Assembly (NCBI GenBank): GCA_964016885.1
Contig: OZ024745.1
Location: 36,828,001 to 36,892,000, forward strand
Length of the DNA: 64,000 nt
Source: Eledone cirrhosa
Taxonomy: Eukaryota
Direction: 5' to 3'
A program made the translations under genes and the position numbers. The first letter of the stretch is position 1. Each line of letters begins with the position of its first letter. Below, in pieces: positions 1 to 12,291 of the stretch. The notes under the pieces are model-generated. The model ran no database searches, was not told the origin of the DNA, and worked only from the letters and a program-made list of their open reading frames with translations.

Positions 1-1448
1 TACTCATCCTTACATCATCCCGTGAGGAGGCAGAGAAAATATACACAACATTCTCCAGCATGGACGCCAGTATAAAGTTCAGCATAGAACACCCCGATGA
101 CCGCGGATCCCTATCCCTGCTGGACTTCCAACTCAGGGTAACAGAGGAAGGCAACATCCACACCTGCTTCTATAAAAAAGCCGCCAGCAGGGACCTGTTC
201 GTACATTTCAGATCGGCCCTCCCACTCGGTGCCAAGTTCGGATACATAAAGAACGAACTGGCACGTATCAAGAACAAATGCACCGACGCCAGAGACCGAG
301 ACACACACACCACACATTTCCTGGAAGTACTCAAACTGAACGGATACACGATATCCACCACAAACCGTGCCAGAAAGAACAGAGGACACCACACCCGAGG
401 CACTAACACTTGCTTCCTGAAGCTCCCACACTTCAGTAAAGAAACAACAACAGCCATCCGCAGAGCCGTCAGACAAGAAGGTCTGGATATTCAACTGGCC
501 CATTCGGGTCCTTCTTTGCGTGGACGGCTAGCTAAGAGACACTCCACCAGACATGACAACTGCTGCAGACTAGCCAACTGCCCCATCAACGACACAGACC
601 TATGCCACCAGGCTTACGTAGTTTACAGACTAGAGTGTGACAAATGCAACAACTTCTACATAGGTAGCACCACCAGACCACTCCACATAAGAATAAAAGA
701 ACACCTCAATACTAACGCTTCCTCATTTAAGAAACACCTAGTTAAATGCAAAAACACTGATAAAAACATAACAGTTAGGATAGAAACTAAGGAAAGAAAC
801 CTCGGCAATCTTAGAATCAAGGAAGCACTCATTATAGATAGAACACATCCACCAATCAATAATAGACTAGAGCTCAACACCCAATTTATAACCTGATAGG
901 GCCTCTAGCACCACTTTACACACCCCACACACACGCACGCGCACACCTCCACTTATTCTCTCTCACACATACACACACAAAACCAGTTCTAACACCAGAT
1001 AACACCTACCCCCCACTTTTACGATTAGACCTATCTTCCCACACTCACACACACACACCCACATACCTACACCTTCATGCTTTCTCCCACACACATATAC
1101 AGGCACGCATATAAAATTTAAAAAAAACACAACAAAAACATAAACAAACCCCTCTTAAATTTTAATTCTTTGATATTAAAGTTAGAACTCTATACTATTT
1201 CCAGTCAGCATGGCTTCATTGGAAATTTAGACGCTGGTCTGAGACTTTTACTTCCCTCCGAAGAAGAGATATTATCTCGAAAATTAAGGACATTTAAATA
1301 AATTCAAGGTGAAAGACGAATTCTCATCAATATCTTTCACTATTGCATTCTTTTTTCTATGTCCATATCTGCATTGTCTTGGCCTTATTACACATATTCT
1401 AACGTTTATACCTCATTACACAATGCTTCAAGTGAACTATAACCTCCT

Positions 1449-1450
<2 letters not shown>
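1..1450 (+). mobile_element. Penelope-like retroelement (3' part, pLTR/3'UTR ending in (TA)n)
   Basis: PLE ORF followed by about 550 nt of UTR with a degenerate HHR-like motif at 1254-1290, then directly (TA)n at 1451. Confidence 0.8.
3..896 (+). CDS. Penelope-like element ORF, C-terminal part (RT thumb + Cys-rich linker + GIY-YIG endonuclease); frame open from the window start
   Basis: IKFSIE..LSLLDF, FYKK..HFRSALP..K, LKLNGY (PLE RT C-terminus); CCRLANCP..LC linker; VVYRLECDKCNNFYIGSTTRPLHIRIKEH = GIY-YIG; IKEALII..PPIN end motif. Confidence 0.92.
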   Translation, partial: LILTSSREEAEKIYTTFSSMDASIKFSIEHPDDRGSLSLLDFQLRVTEEGNIHTCFYKKAASRDLFVHFRSALPLGAKFGYIKNELARIKNKCTDARDRDTHTTHFLEVLKLNGYTISTTNRARKNRGHHTRGTNTCFLKLPHFSKETTTAIRRAVRQEGLDIQLAHSGPSLRGRLAKRHSTRHDNCCRLANCPINDTDLCHQAYVVYRLECDKCNNFYIGSTTRPLHIRIKEHLNTNASSFKKHLVKCKNTDKNITVRIETKERNLGNLRIKEALIIDRTHPPINNRLELNTQFIT

Positions 1451-1520
<70 letters not shown>

Positions 1521-1667
1521 TATTTTCCGTTGTGTTGTAATATAAATATTACACACAGTAGATTGACAGCTCACGTAGAGTTTGCTCGACGGTTCCAGTT
1601 GAAATTCCAAAAGTAATCCGGAGAAAAATAGAAAGATTTGAATGGATACAGTTTAGTTGAAAGGAAT

Positions 1668-1787
1668 TTATTGACACGTGTTTCTATAACAGTTACATAA
1701 CCTAAAACAGCTGCTATCTACAAAGTATTAGTTATGCAGACAATCAATATTTCAATGTTATTATTTACTGTCATTTCATCAGAATAA
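1668..1787 (-). ncRNA. Same hammerhead motif in the inverted PLE copy
   Basis: Reverse complement of 7251-7370 with intact CTGATGA / GAAACACGTGTC. Confidence 0.8.
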
Positions 1788-2354
1788 TATTACTGAGGAC
1801 CTATTTGGTTTTTATAGAGAATATTAGGAGAGATGGGTGAAGTTGTTAGAAGAATAGTTGAGGGGGTGGTTTTTTGATAGCAGTGAGAATTTTTGGTGGC
1901 AGTGAGTAATTAGATTCCCATCTGTTGTTTTGACATTTTTAGAGAATATATTATTGGTTATTTTTCTAAATCTATAGAGGGATTAGAGATAGTAAAGATA
2001 TGCGTGGTTGGTTTTGTGTTTGCACTTAATTAACATTCAGGCTTAAATTTTTTTCTTTCCAGTGTACGTATCCTTTTACCCATGCATTCTCACACAAACA
2101 TATTTGCACCCCTCTACAAAATACATATACTCACATTCACATAGTAACATGTTCATACTTACATACATATACACATGCATACATATATATATACATACAC
2201 ACATGTATTCATGTACATACATACGCGTTCACGTGTGTACATTTTCATACTCAACTTATGTTTATATACACACGTATAGACACACACATATATACATACA
2301 TACTCTAGTCTATGTGTATATATATACATATACATACATATCTATATATATATA

Positions 2355-2426
<72 letters not shown>

Positions 2427-2702
2427 CATTTTAATACATGAATACACTTACATCTAACTATACACATCAAACATATATATATATTTACTTATTTATATAC
2501 ATTTTCACATATATATACATACTTATGGTCGCTTTCAGACACATTCATTATCGCATTTTTGCACCTATTCTCATCGGCATATATTTCCATTATTAGTGTG
2601 GTAATTTGAGGTTATTAATATACATATATATGTTGAGAAGAAATTGTTTTTATATTTTTCTAACTAGATTGAGGTTTATATAGTTGGGGGGATGTCCCTC
2701 TT

Positions 2703-4011
2703 TTATGTAATATTCGGCTTGTAGTGGGGAAAAAGGGTTTTAGTTCGGTGACGGCAAAATAATGTTCGTTCAATTCTGTTATTCAGCAATTTCTTCTTGT
2801 GTGTGATTATGTAATAAATCTCAAGATTACCCAATTTGCAGAAATTTTGGCTCCTGGAAAAGCTTTGGGTTTTAGCTAATTTCTCCCATTTTAGGGTAAA
2901 CTTTTGATCGCTATCCCTGAGCGTCCAAGCTTTTTCTGCTAAAGTTGTTACATTTCTTTGGCTCTGGTGTTTTATTGAGTTAGAATGCCTATATAATCGA
3001 GATTTAAAAGATGTTGCCGTTGATCCCACGTAATACCACTCGTTGCCTCCGGATTTAATGGTACACTTATAAATAATATTTTTTTCCAGGCAGTTATTGC
3101 CGAGGGGGCAGTTGTCAGGATAGGTGCAGTTACAGTTGTGTACGTTGGGTTTTCTCTGGAGTAGTATTGCGGACGAACTTAGGTGTGGTTTATTTATGTT
3201 CTGTAGTGTATTGTCTACTGTTTTTTTTTGTGTTCTTTGTACTTAAGTTTTTAGTGTTTTTGTTTAACCTTCTAGTATTGATCTTTTTTATGTGTTGTTC
3301 AAGGTTTAACGCTGTAGAGTATGACAGTCTTATAGTGGTGGGGTTTAGGATTTTGTGGTATTTGTGTGATGTAGGAAAATGTCTCTTAATTATTTTAAAG
3401 AAGAGTACTGGTAAATTTGTACTAATGGAACTATTGTATTCGGGGTTGTACCATAAGTACTCTTTGCATCGCTTTCTATTAGTTTTGTTTGTTGGTTTAC
3501 TGGTGTGCATACTATGGTAGTAAGTGTGGTTTGGTGTTGTGTTATTATATCTACCTATGTGGGATTTATTTTGGGTGTTTTGATTGTTCCCATCTATATA
3601 CTCTATTTTGTTGAGGTGGCCTGCTTTACTAAGGGCGTTATCGTAGTATTCGGCGTGTTCCTTAAATACTTGTATGTTAGAAGATAGACCCGAGATTCTA
3701 AGGGAAATATTTTTAGGGATAGATTTAATTATAGAGATGGGGTGGTTAGACCCAACATTTACGTATTTGAGATTTTCATTCAATTTATGAAACGGTTTAA
3801 TCAGACCAGAGTTTAAAATGAGTGTGACATCCAGGAAGTTAACTACTTTAAGGTTGTATTCATATGTTATAGTTAGTCCTATTTCGAGTAGTAGTTTTCT
3901 TATATCTTTGCGTAGTTTTTCTAGTTTTTGGTTATTTAGGTTTTTAACTAGGAGGAGAACATCGTCGCGGTATATTCCGCCGTGGAGATTGCTGAATTTT
4001 TCCTGGAGTCT
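2703..4011 (-). pseudogene. Truncated, frameshifted PLE RT/GIY-YIG coding remnant
   Basis: Starts at RLQEKF..YRDD; frameshift at the poly-T run 3221-3229; ends with the same KPNIT* C-terminus. Confidence 0.9.
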
Positions 4012-4073
4012 GTAAAGTCGAGCAACCCACACAGCAAACGCAACCACAACAATGTAAAAAACACTACCTGGAT

Positions 4074-6373
4074 ATGTCACTCAAAAACATACCAACCCAA
4101 GGTAAAAAGGAATACTTATTGAGTATGATTCAAAAAACTAATGAATTCATTCGACGTGTCAGGTGGAAAACGTTCCACTATGATAGAAGCCGTATGAACT
4201 CACCATTAGAAAGTGGTGTAAACAACAAATTCGGTTTTAGAACGTGTAAAAACCCACCCACCAACCCACTATTAGATGCATTTGAGCAGGATCTTATGAA
4301 CTTAATCCTTAAAATTAAATTCAAAGGACGTAACACCAACAACAAATTACAGAAAGATATCAAAAACTACTGGACGACCTTAAAAACACCAAAGGAATTG
4401 TAGTAAAAGCGGACAAAACATCAAACCTGTATACTATGGATTGCATTACATACAACAACTTCATTCGAAAAGAATTACATACAAAATATAGAAAAACGAA
4501 TGAAGTAACTCTTAAGCACATCAATGATGAGGCATGCGAAATAGTGAAAAATCTCGGAATCGAAGATAGGACAGGACCACTCTTACCGGCGGTACCCACC
4601 TTCAATCTTAAGGACCATAAGGTAAACTTTGATAATGACCCTAAAATTAGATTAATCTGCCCCTCTAAATCAGATATAGGTAAAATAAGAAAATATATCT
4701 TAGATAGAATTATCCCCCAAATTAAGGCTAAGGTTAACATTAAACTCTGGGGGAAGACCCAAGAAGCAATAAGATGGTTTAATAGCATTAGCAATAAGAA
4801 TAAATCTAAGTTTATCCAGTTTGATATCGACGAATATTACTCATCGGTATCACCTGAAACTTTGAATAGAGCCATTAAGTTTGCTAAGGATAACTCTGAC
4901 CTTACAAACGATGAAATTAAGATTATATTAGAAGCTAGGAAAACTATAGTCAAATTTGAGAACAGTTATTGGGTACGTAAAGATAGACCCTCTAACTTTG
5001 ACATAACAATGGGCTCTAACGATTCGGCGGAAATAACTGATATTGTGGGGTTATTTATCGCCTTTAGACTCCAGGAAAAATTCAGCAATCTCCACGGCGG
5101 AATATACCGCGACGATGTTCTCCTCCTAGTTAAAAACCTAAATAACCAAAAACTAGAAAAACTACGCAAAGATATAAGAAAACTACTACTCGAAATAGGA
5201 CTAACTATAACATATGAATACAACCTTAAAGTAGTTAACTTCCTGGATGTCACACTCATTTTAAACTCTGGTCTGATTAAACCGTTTCATAAATTGAATG
5301 AAAATCTGAAATACGTAAATGTTGGGTCTAACCACCCCATCTCTATAATTAAATCTATCCCTAAAAATATTTCCCTTAGAATCTCGGGTCTATCTTCTAA
5401 CATACAAGTATTTAAGGAACACGCCGAATACTACGATAACGCCCTTAGTAAAGCAGGCCACCTCAACAAAATAGAGTATATAGATGGGAACAATCAAAAC
5501 ACCCAAAATAAATCCCACACAGGGAGATATAATAACACAACACCAAACCACACTTACTACCATAGTATGCACACCAGTAAACCAACAAACAAAACTAATA
5601 GAAAGCGATGCAAAGAGTACTTATGGTACAACCCCGAATACAATAGTTCCATTAGTACAAATTTACCAGTACTCTTCTTTAAAATAATTAAGAGACATTT
5701 TCCTACATCACACAAATACCACAAAATCCTAAACCCCACCACTATAAGACTGTCATACTCTACAGCGTTAAACCTTGAACAACACATAAAAAAGATCAAT
5801 ACTAGAAGGTTAAACGAAAACACTAAAAACTTAAGTACAAAGAACACAAAAAAAACAGTAGACAATACACTACAGAACATAAATAAACCACACCTAAGTT
5901 CGTCCGCAATACTACTCCAGAGAAAACCCAACGTACACAACTGTAACTGCACCTATCCTGACAACTGCCCCCTCGGCAATAACTGCCTGGAAAAAAATAT
6001 TATTTATAAGTGTACCATTAAATCCGGAGGCAACGAGTGGTATTACGTGGGATCAACGGCAACATCTTTTAAATCTCGATTATATAGGCATTCTAACTCA
6101 ATAAAACACCAGAGCCAAAGAAATGTAACAACTTTAGCAGAAAAAGCTTGGACGCTCAGGGATAGCGATCAAAAGTTTACCCTAAAATGGGAGAAATTAG
6201 CTAAAACCCAAAGCTTTTCCAGGAGCCAAAATTTCTGCAAATTGGGTAATCTTGAGATTTATTACATAATCACACACAAGAAGAAATTGCTGAATAACAG
6301 AATTGAACGAACATTATTTTGCCGTCACCGAACTAAAACCCTTTTTTCCCACTACAAGCCGAATATTACATAA
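4074..6373 (+). CDS. PLE reverse transcriptase-GIY-YIG polyprotein with one frameshift near 4362-4366
   Basis: ORFs 4074..4403 and 4436..6373 join if one A is added to the A-run in ATCAAAAACTAC, giving KDIKKLLDDLKNTKGIVVKADKTSNLYTMD. Confidence 0.88.
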
Positions 6374-7250
6374 AAGAGGGACATCCCCCCAACTATATAA
6401 ACCTCAATCTAGTTAGAAAAATATAAAAACAATTTCTTCTCAACATATATATGTATATTAATAACCTCAAATTACCACACTAATAATGGAAATATATGCT
6501 GATGAGAATAGGTGCAAAAATGCGATAATGAATGTGTCTGAAAGCGACCATAAGTATGTATATATATGTGAAAATGTATATAAATATGTAAATATATATA
6601 TATGTTTGATGTGTATAGTTAGATGTAAGTGTATTCATGTATTAAAGTGCTTATATATATATATATATATATATAGATATAGATATATATATATAGATAT
6701 GTATGTATATGTATATATATACACATAGACTAGAGTATGTATGTATATATGTGTGTGTCTATACGTGTGTATATAAACATAAGTTGAGTATGAAAATGTA
6801 CACACGTGAACGCGTATGTATGTACATGAATACATGTGTGTATGTATATATATATGTATGCATGTGTATATGTATGTAAGTATGAACATGTTACTATGTG
6901 AATGTGAGTATATGTATTTTGTAGAGGGGTGCAAATATGTTTGTGTGAGAATGCGTGGGTGAAAGGATACGTACACTGGAAAGAAACAAATTTAAGTCTG
7001 AATGTTAATTAAGTGCAAACACAAAACCAACCACGCATATCTTTACTATCTCTAATCCCTCTATAGATTTAGAAAAATAACCAATAATATATTCTCTAAA
7101 AATGTCAAAACAACAGATGGGAATCTAATTACTCACTGCCACCAAAAATTCTCACTGCTATCAAAAAACCACTCCCTCAACTATTCTTCTAACAACTTCA
7201 CCCCTCTCTCCTAATATTCTCTATAAAAACCAAATAGGTCCTCAGTAATA

Positions 7251-7370
7251 TTATTCTGATGAAATCACAGTAAATAATAACATTGAAATATTGATTGTCT
7301 GCATAACTAATACTTTGTAGATAGGAGCTGTTTTAGGTTATGTAACTGTTATAGAAACACGTGTCAATAA
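7251..7370 (+). ncRNA. Type I hammerhead ribozyme motif with long stem II in the PLE 3'UTR
   Basis: ttatt-CTGATGA(7256)-91 nt hairpinned stem II-GAAA(7354)-cacgtg-TC-aataa; stem I ttatt/aataa, palindromic stem III ACACGTGT, GUC cleavage triplet. Confidence 0.8.
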
Positions 7371-7407
7371 ATTCCTTTCAACTTAACTGTATCCATTCAA
7401 ATCTTTC

Positions 7408-7558
<151 letters not shown>

Positions 7559-7559
7559 T

Positions 7560-7813
7560 AGGGCGGGTAAAATTCCCGAGATCCATGGACGAGTTCTCTC
7601 CAGCGGTCTCTGTCCCTCATTATCGCTGCCAAAACTCAGATCTGTATGGGAGCCTCCCAAAAGTCAGCTCAAAAGTGACACAGAGGAGATTGAAGTTAGC
7701 TGGACATGCCCACCGACATCCAGAGTTGACATTGCACTCAGTGCTCCTGTGGGAGCCCTTACATGAACACACTGGAAGAGGAAGACAAAAGTTAACGTAT
7801 GTTGATGCCCTAA

Positions 7814-7815
<2 letters not shown>
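7560..7815 (+). mobile_element. RTE-superclade LINE 3' fragment
   Basis: [42 protein letters not shown], typical post-RT C-terminal motif; flanked by (TA)n. Confidence 0.75.
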
Positions 7816-7851
<36 letters not shown>

Positions 7852-8009
7852 GGGCGTGAACATACATATTATGTGGGGAGTATACATATGATATTAGAAG
7901 TGACACTGACATAGTTTGGTTATTCATAGGGTGTATATGAGAGCAATATGCGACATGTTTATGTATATTCAACATACGAGAGTCTCGCTATAAATATTTT
8001 TATACAGTT

Positions 8010-8354
8010 GCGATTATGTCACACATATCTCAGTAGCAATGAGAATTCTAAAATGACCTTTAGCTTATTCTTGATGGATAAAAATTCAGAAACAGGTGTC
8101 TGGCATTTTTGAGCGCTGCTGAGATATGTGTGACATGATCACAGGTTTATAAAAAGAACTTTATATAAACACTCTCGCGTGTTTATTACACATAGATACA
8201 TTGCTTTTAAATACAACCCTTTGATACACACACATACACACACACGTGTATGTATATATATATATATATATACATACACACAAACACATACACACATATA
8301 TATAATATACAATACATACATTCGTGTATACATCGTTATTTCAGAGCACCAATC

Positions 8355-8415
<61 letters not shown>

Positions 8416-8764
8416 TCTTGATGAATAAAAATTCATAAACAGGTGTCTGGCAATATTGAGAGCTACTGAGATATGTGTGATATGATCAGAGGCTTATAAA
8501 AAGAACTTTATAGAACTTTATCGCATATTTATTATACATATGTGTGTGTATCAAAGGAATGTATTTAAAAGCACGTACAATGTATCTATGTATAATAAAT
8601 ATGCGACAAAGTTCTATAAAGTTCTTTTTATAAGCTGCTGATCATGTCACACATATCTCAGTGGCGCTCAAAATTACCAGACACCTGTTTCTGAATTTTT
8701 ATCCATCAAGAATAAGCTAAAGGTCATTTTAGAATAAGCTAAAGGTCATTTTTATTCATCAAGA

Positions 8765-8819
<55 letters not shown>

Positions 8820-8870
8820 GATTGGTGCTCTGAAATAGCGATGTATACACGAATGTATGTATTGTATATT
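8010..8870. repeat. Nested inverted-repeat cluster of PLE-terminus-like fragments
   Basis: 8046-8233 vs 8545-8735, 8419-8540 vs 8586-8712, and 8303-8430 vs 8750-8870 are reverse complements; carries GAAACAGGTGTC. Confidence 0.8.
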
Positions 8871-9229
8871 TGGCCATATATATATATAAATGCATATATA
8901 TATATATACATATATCGGTTATATTTATATATATCGTTTAGAGTATGCTCTGAATAATTTCGCGCCTAATTTCAGTAAACTGTTATGGTACAAGACCAAA
9001 ATGATAGTATTTCGATCTAAATTTCTGTTATATACTACTCCCATATATCGGTTGCGTTGCTTTGCTTGCATTGTTGTGCGTTGTGAGCTATTTTTAGCTT
9101 TTTCGCTTAACCTATTTGCTACCCACTTGCTGCTATATTTATGCAGCTACCTTAATATCACACTTGAATTTCATTTATCACTTTGAATTCTCTGTGAATA
9201 GATAATATTTTTTATCAACATTAGGACGG

Positions 9230-9328
9230 CCTACTGACGATAGCTATCCTCCTAACTTTGCTAATTATCAATTTATATTTATTGTAATTGGTAAAGTTTT
9301 TTCTTGATTTGAAACTGCGTGGTATAGG
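9230..9328 (+). ncRNA. Hammerhead ribozyme motif with 70-nt stem II
   Basis: ccta-CTGACGA(9234)-..aactttgctaatta/taattggtaaagtt hairpin..-GAAA(9311)-ctgcgtgg-TA-tagg. Confidence 0.7.
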
Positions 9329-9615
9329 TATAATTAACGGGAGATTTACTGATTACGATGTGAATAATATTGCGTTTATCTATCTAATGTCAAATTGATT
9401 ACTATCTCTCTATTTCTCCTGCCTAGCTCTATGTAAAATGTTACACGATAGTAAATATTGTTGTTTATGTAACAATATCTTTTAGAGTATGGACTCTCTA
9501 TTTATAGCACAAGTAGAAAGAATTTGGATATATTATACACACAAATGTAGCCTTCAATTGAGAAACACATCCATTTTCTGTATTTGCTTTTCACTGACTT
9601 TGGATATTTTAATAT

Positions 9616-9770
9616 GCTCCTGAAGATATACATCATTCATCATACTTGCTAGGTTCAAAATATTTTTTCTCTTCTTTTCTGATTTTATTAATATTAATAT
9701 TATTGATTTTATTATATTTATTCTAGCTTTGTATATTCCTGAGTGATGTTATGAAAAGATTGTAAAGAAA
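9616..9770 (+). ncRNA. Degenerate hammerhead motif with 126-nt stem II
   Basis: CTGAAGA(9620), atacatcattca/tgagtgatgttat and atacttgctag/ctagctttgtat pairings, GAAA(9753)-agattg-TA; stem I eroded. Confidence 0.5.
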
Positions 9771-11057
9771 TGAATGTTTTATGAACTCTTACCTCTCATC
9801 TGAAATTGGAAGCCACCTACAGTAATCTTCATTTATTGCATCAACTTTGATCATATCTGGACGCTGACGTTAAAAAATGTAAATTGGCGTTATCATTTTC
9901 ACTTGCATATGGGTTGAAAATGTTTGATAGGGCAATATAATTCATTGTATGCTGCTGTTTGTCTTGCTTTTGTTTCAATTTGTCACTATATAGAGTTGAC
10001 TGGCCTTCTAAGAGGCTGCATCTCAATGGCGGTTACTTAGCTGTTTTTGTTTATGTTACGGTCCCCAGTTCTATCATTATATGACAGTTATAGATTGTTT
10101 GGAGCAATTTATTTAGCTTGGACAGGCTAAGGTTATGACGAAATAATCTGCTTTCCCACAGACAATTATAACAAACTCCGATTACGTTTATTACAGGCAT
10201 GTATTGATCAATTTGAGGTTTTGAACACTATTTACACATACATATCTATGTATCCAAATGTGCGTGTATTTTCTCTATGTGAATATATATGTGTGTGTGA
10301 ATATATATTCATGTCCATATACGAATAAAAAAGCGCTATTTATAATTTCAAGATTCAATTATCACCATCTCCCTAGATTTTGTACGAAGTTGCAGGGGGA
10401 AAAATCGATCAAATTGTTTACCTCGTCATCAGACACTTGGACGGGTTTGAAGATATAACTAAAATATAGCTTGTTAAACGCTCGTTTATGAAATAAATAT
10501 TTATATATATATATTTACGTACTATAACAAAGGGAAATAACTCAAGAGGTAAATTTGAAATGGTGATGTTTGTGTCTGTGAGTTTGTATGTACACAACAT
10601 TCCAAATTACGTGGTAATCTGTAATATAGACATTTTTTATTTTTATCTAAATTTTGGACTTGGGTAGTATAGAAAGTGTACCGTATTATTATTATTAATA
10701 ACCATAAATAGAAACGTCATTAAGAAGGTACTGAAATCAGTATCAAGGTAGTTGAAAATCAATCGCATTTATTGAGTGTTTCCACTTAACAAGGAGTTGG
10801 CCTATGAGATGCAGACATACTCGAAAAAAATTTGGTCTTAGAGTTCAAATAATTGTTTTTCGCAGACAACGTCTCTTAGTACCGTGGTATAAGATCTGTA
10901 ATTTTCAAGTACCTTCCAAGTATAGGGGAAGGAACTGGTTTAGACTAGAAAACTGGGGAGACCACAACTCAGAGTAGCATTCTATGCATGAGAAGAAACA
11001 AAGGAGATATAAAGGAAGGTATAAGTCCCACTGCGGTCGGGATTTGATTTATACCTT

Positions 11058-11148
<91 letters not shown>

Positions 11149-11270
11149 ATAATAATAAATTTGAAGACTAAAATACAGCGATTCTTTGCTTAAACTTTAA
11201 TGTGTTATTTTAATAAATATATATATATATTCATATATATATATATATATATATATACAGTATATATATA

Positions 11271-11305
<35 letters not shown>

Positions 11306-11326
11306 GTGGGGGGGGGTGTATATGTG

Positions 11327-11373
<47 letters not shown>

Positions 11374-11930
11374 GTGCCCTAAACATAATTCTCAGAGTGA
11401 TGATTCTGCATAACACCGTATATGACAGGGTTGATCCTTTGAGTTGTAGACACAGTCCATTCAACGGGCTTACAAACAGCTTCCGAATGCATACTTACTT
11501 ATAAGGGTTATGTGGACTCAAGACTAAGGTAAATGACAATTTACCAAAATGTCAGAGAGTTGTATACGTGACCTTATGATTGCGAAGCCATACTGCATTC
11601 CCAGTTTCACTCTTTTTCACCATGCTAAACGGATTATAATGTAATCTAGTTATCATCTACTGAAGCTGTGATAAATATTTCGTCGTATTTCCTATTATAT
11701 CAAATACACGTTTAATATCTATATACGTTCCATTTATTTCTGGTCATCTTATTACGAAGTCGTATGAAATAAGCTACTCCAATACGTTAACTAAAACTAA
11801 CTCATGAATTAAAGGATGCATCCGTAATAGATTGAGCCACTGGCCGCTTTTTGCAGATTTTGTGCTATGTCAAGCACATATGCATCATCAGTTTATTTAT
11901 ACGTGTATATATATATATATATATATATAT

Positions 11931-12116
11931 ACAATATTAAATAAATGGAGACTATATTTATAAAACCATATTTATTTCATTATATATATTTCAGGGATAT
12001 CATATTAACAATATGCTATGCCTTCCTCAGACATATTGTTAATATGATATCCCTGAAATATATATAATGAAATAAATATGGTTTTATAAATATAGTTTCC
12101 ATTTATTTAATATTGT
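11931..12116. repeat. 85-bp-arm fold-back hairpin whose loop is a half hammerhead
   Basis: 11931-12015 reverse-complements 12032-12116 (one mismatch seen); the loop on - reads CTGAGGA-aggc-atagc. Confidence 0.85.
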
Positions 12117-12202
12117 AAATATACTCCAAATATTTGTCGAGTGCTTTTATATCAGTTATAAATATTTACTAGTTGTAACCCAACAATTTTAAATATAACT
12201 TT

Positions 12203-12239
<37 letters not shown>

Positions 12240-12291
12240 TGGAATAGAATGAAACGAAATTTCATTTCTCACTCTTAGTACGGCACTTACT

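Larger units (their letters stand above)
1518..4011 (-). mobile_element. Inverted, 5'-truncated copy of the adjacent Naiad-type PLE
   Basis: 1629-4011 is the near-identical reverse complement of 5066-7409; ORFs 3190..4080 and 2703..3029 on - repeat the protein of 4436..6373; 1518-1628 is an extra 3' extension. Confidence 0.95.

Noticed and set aside
7256-7300. Shorter hammerhead using the GAAA at 7285
   Set aside because: Stems I and III do not pair; the GAAA at 7354 gives perfect stem I and III
10765-10890. GAAACACTCAATAAA on - resembling the HHR 3' half
   Set aside because: No CTGANGA core at a compatible position
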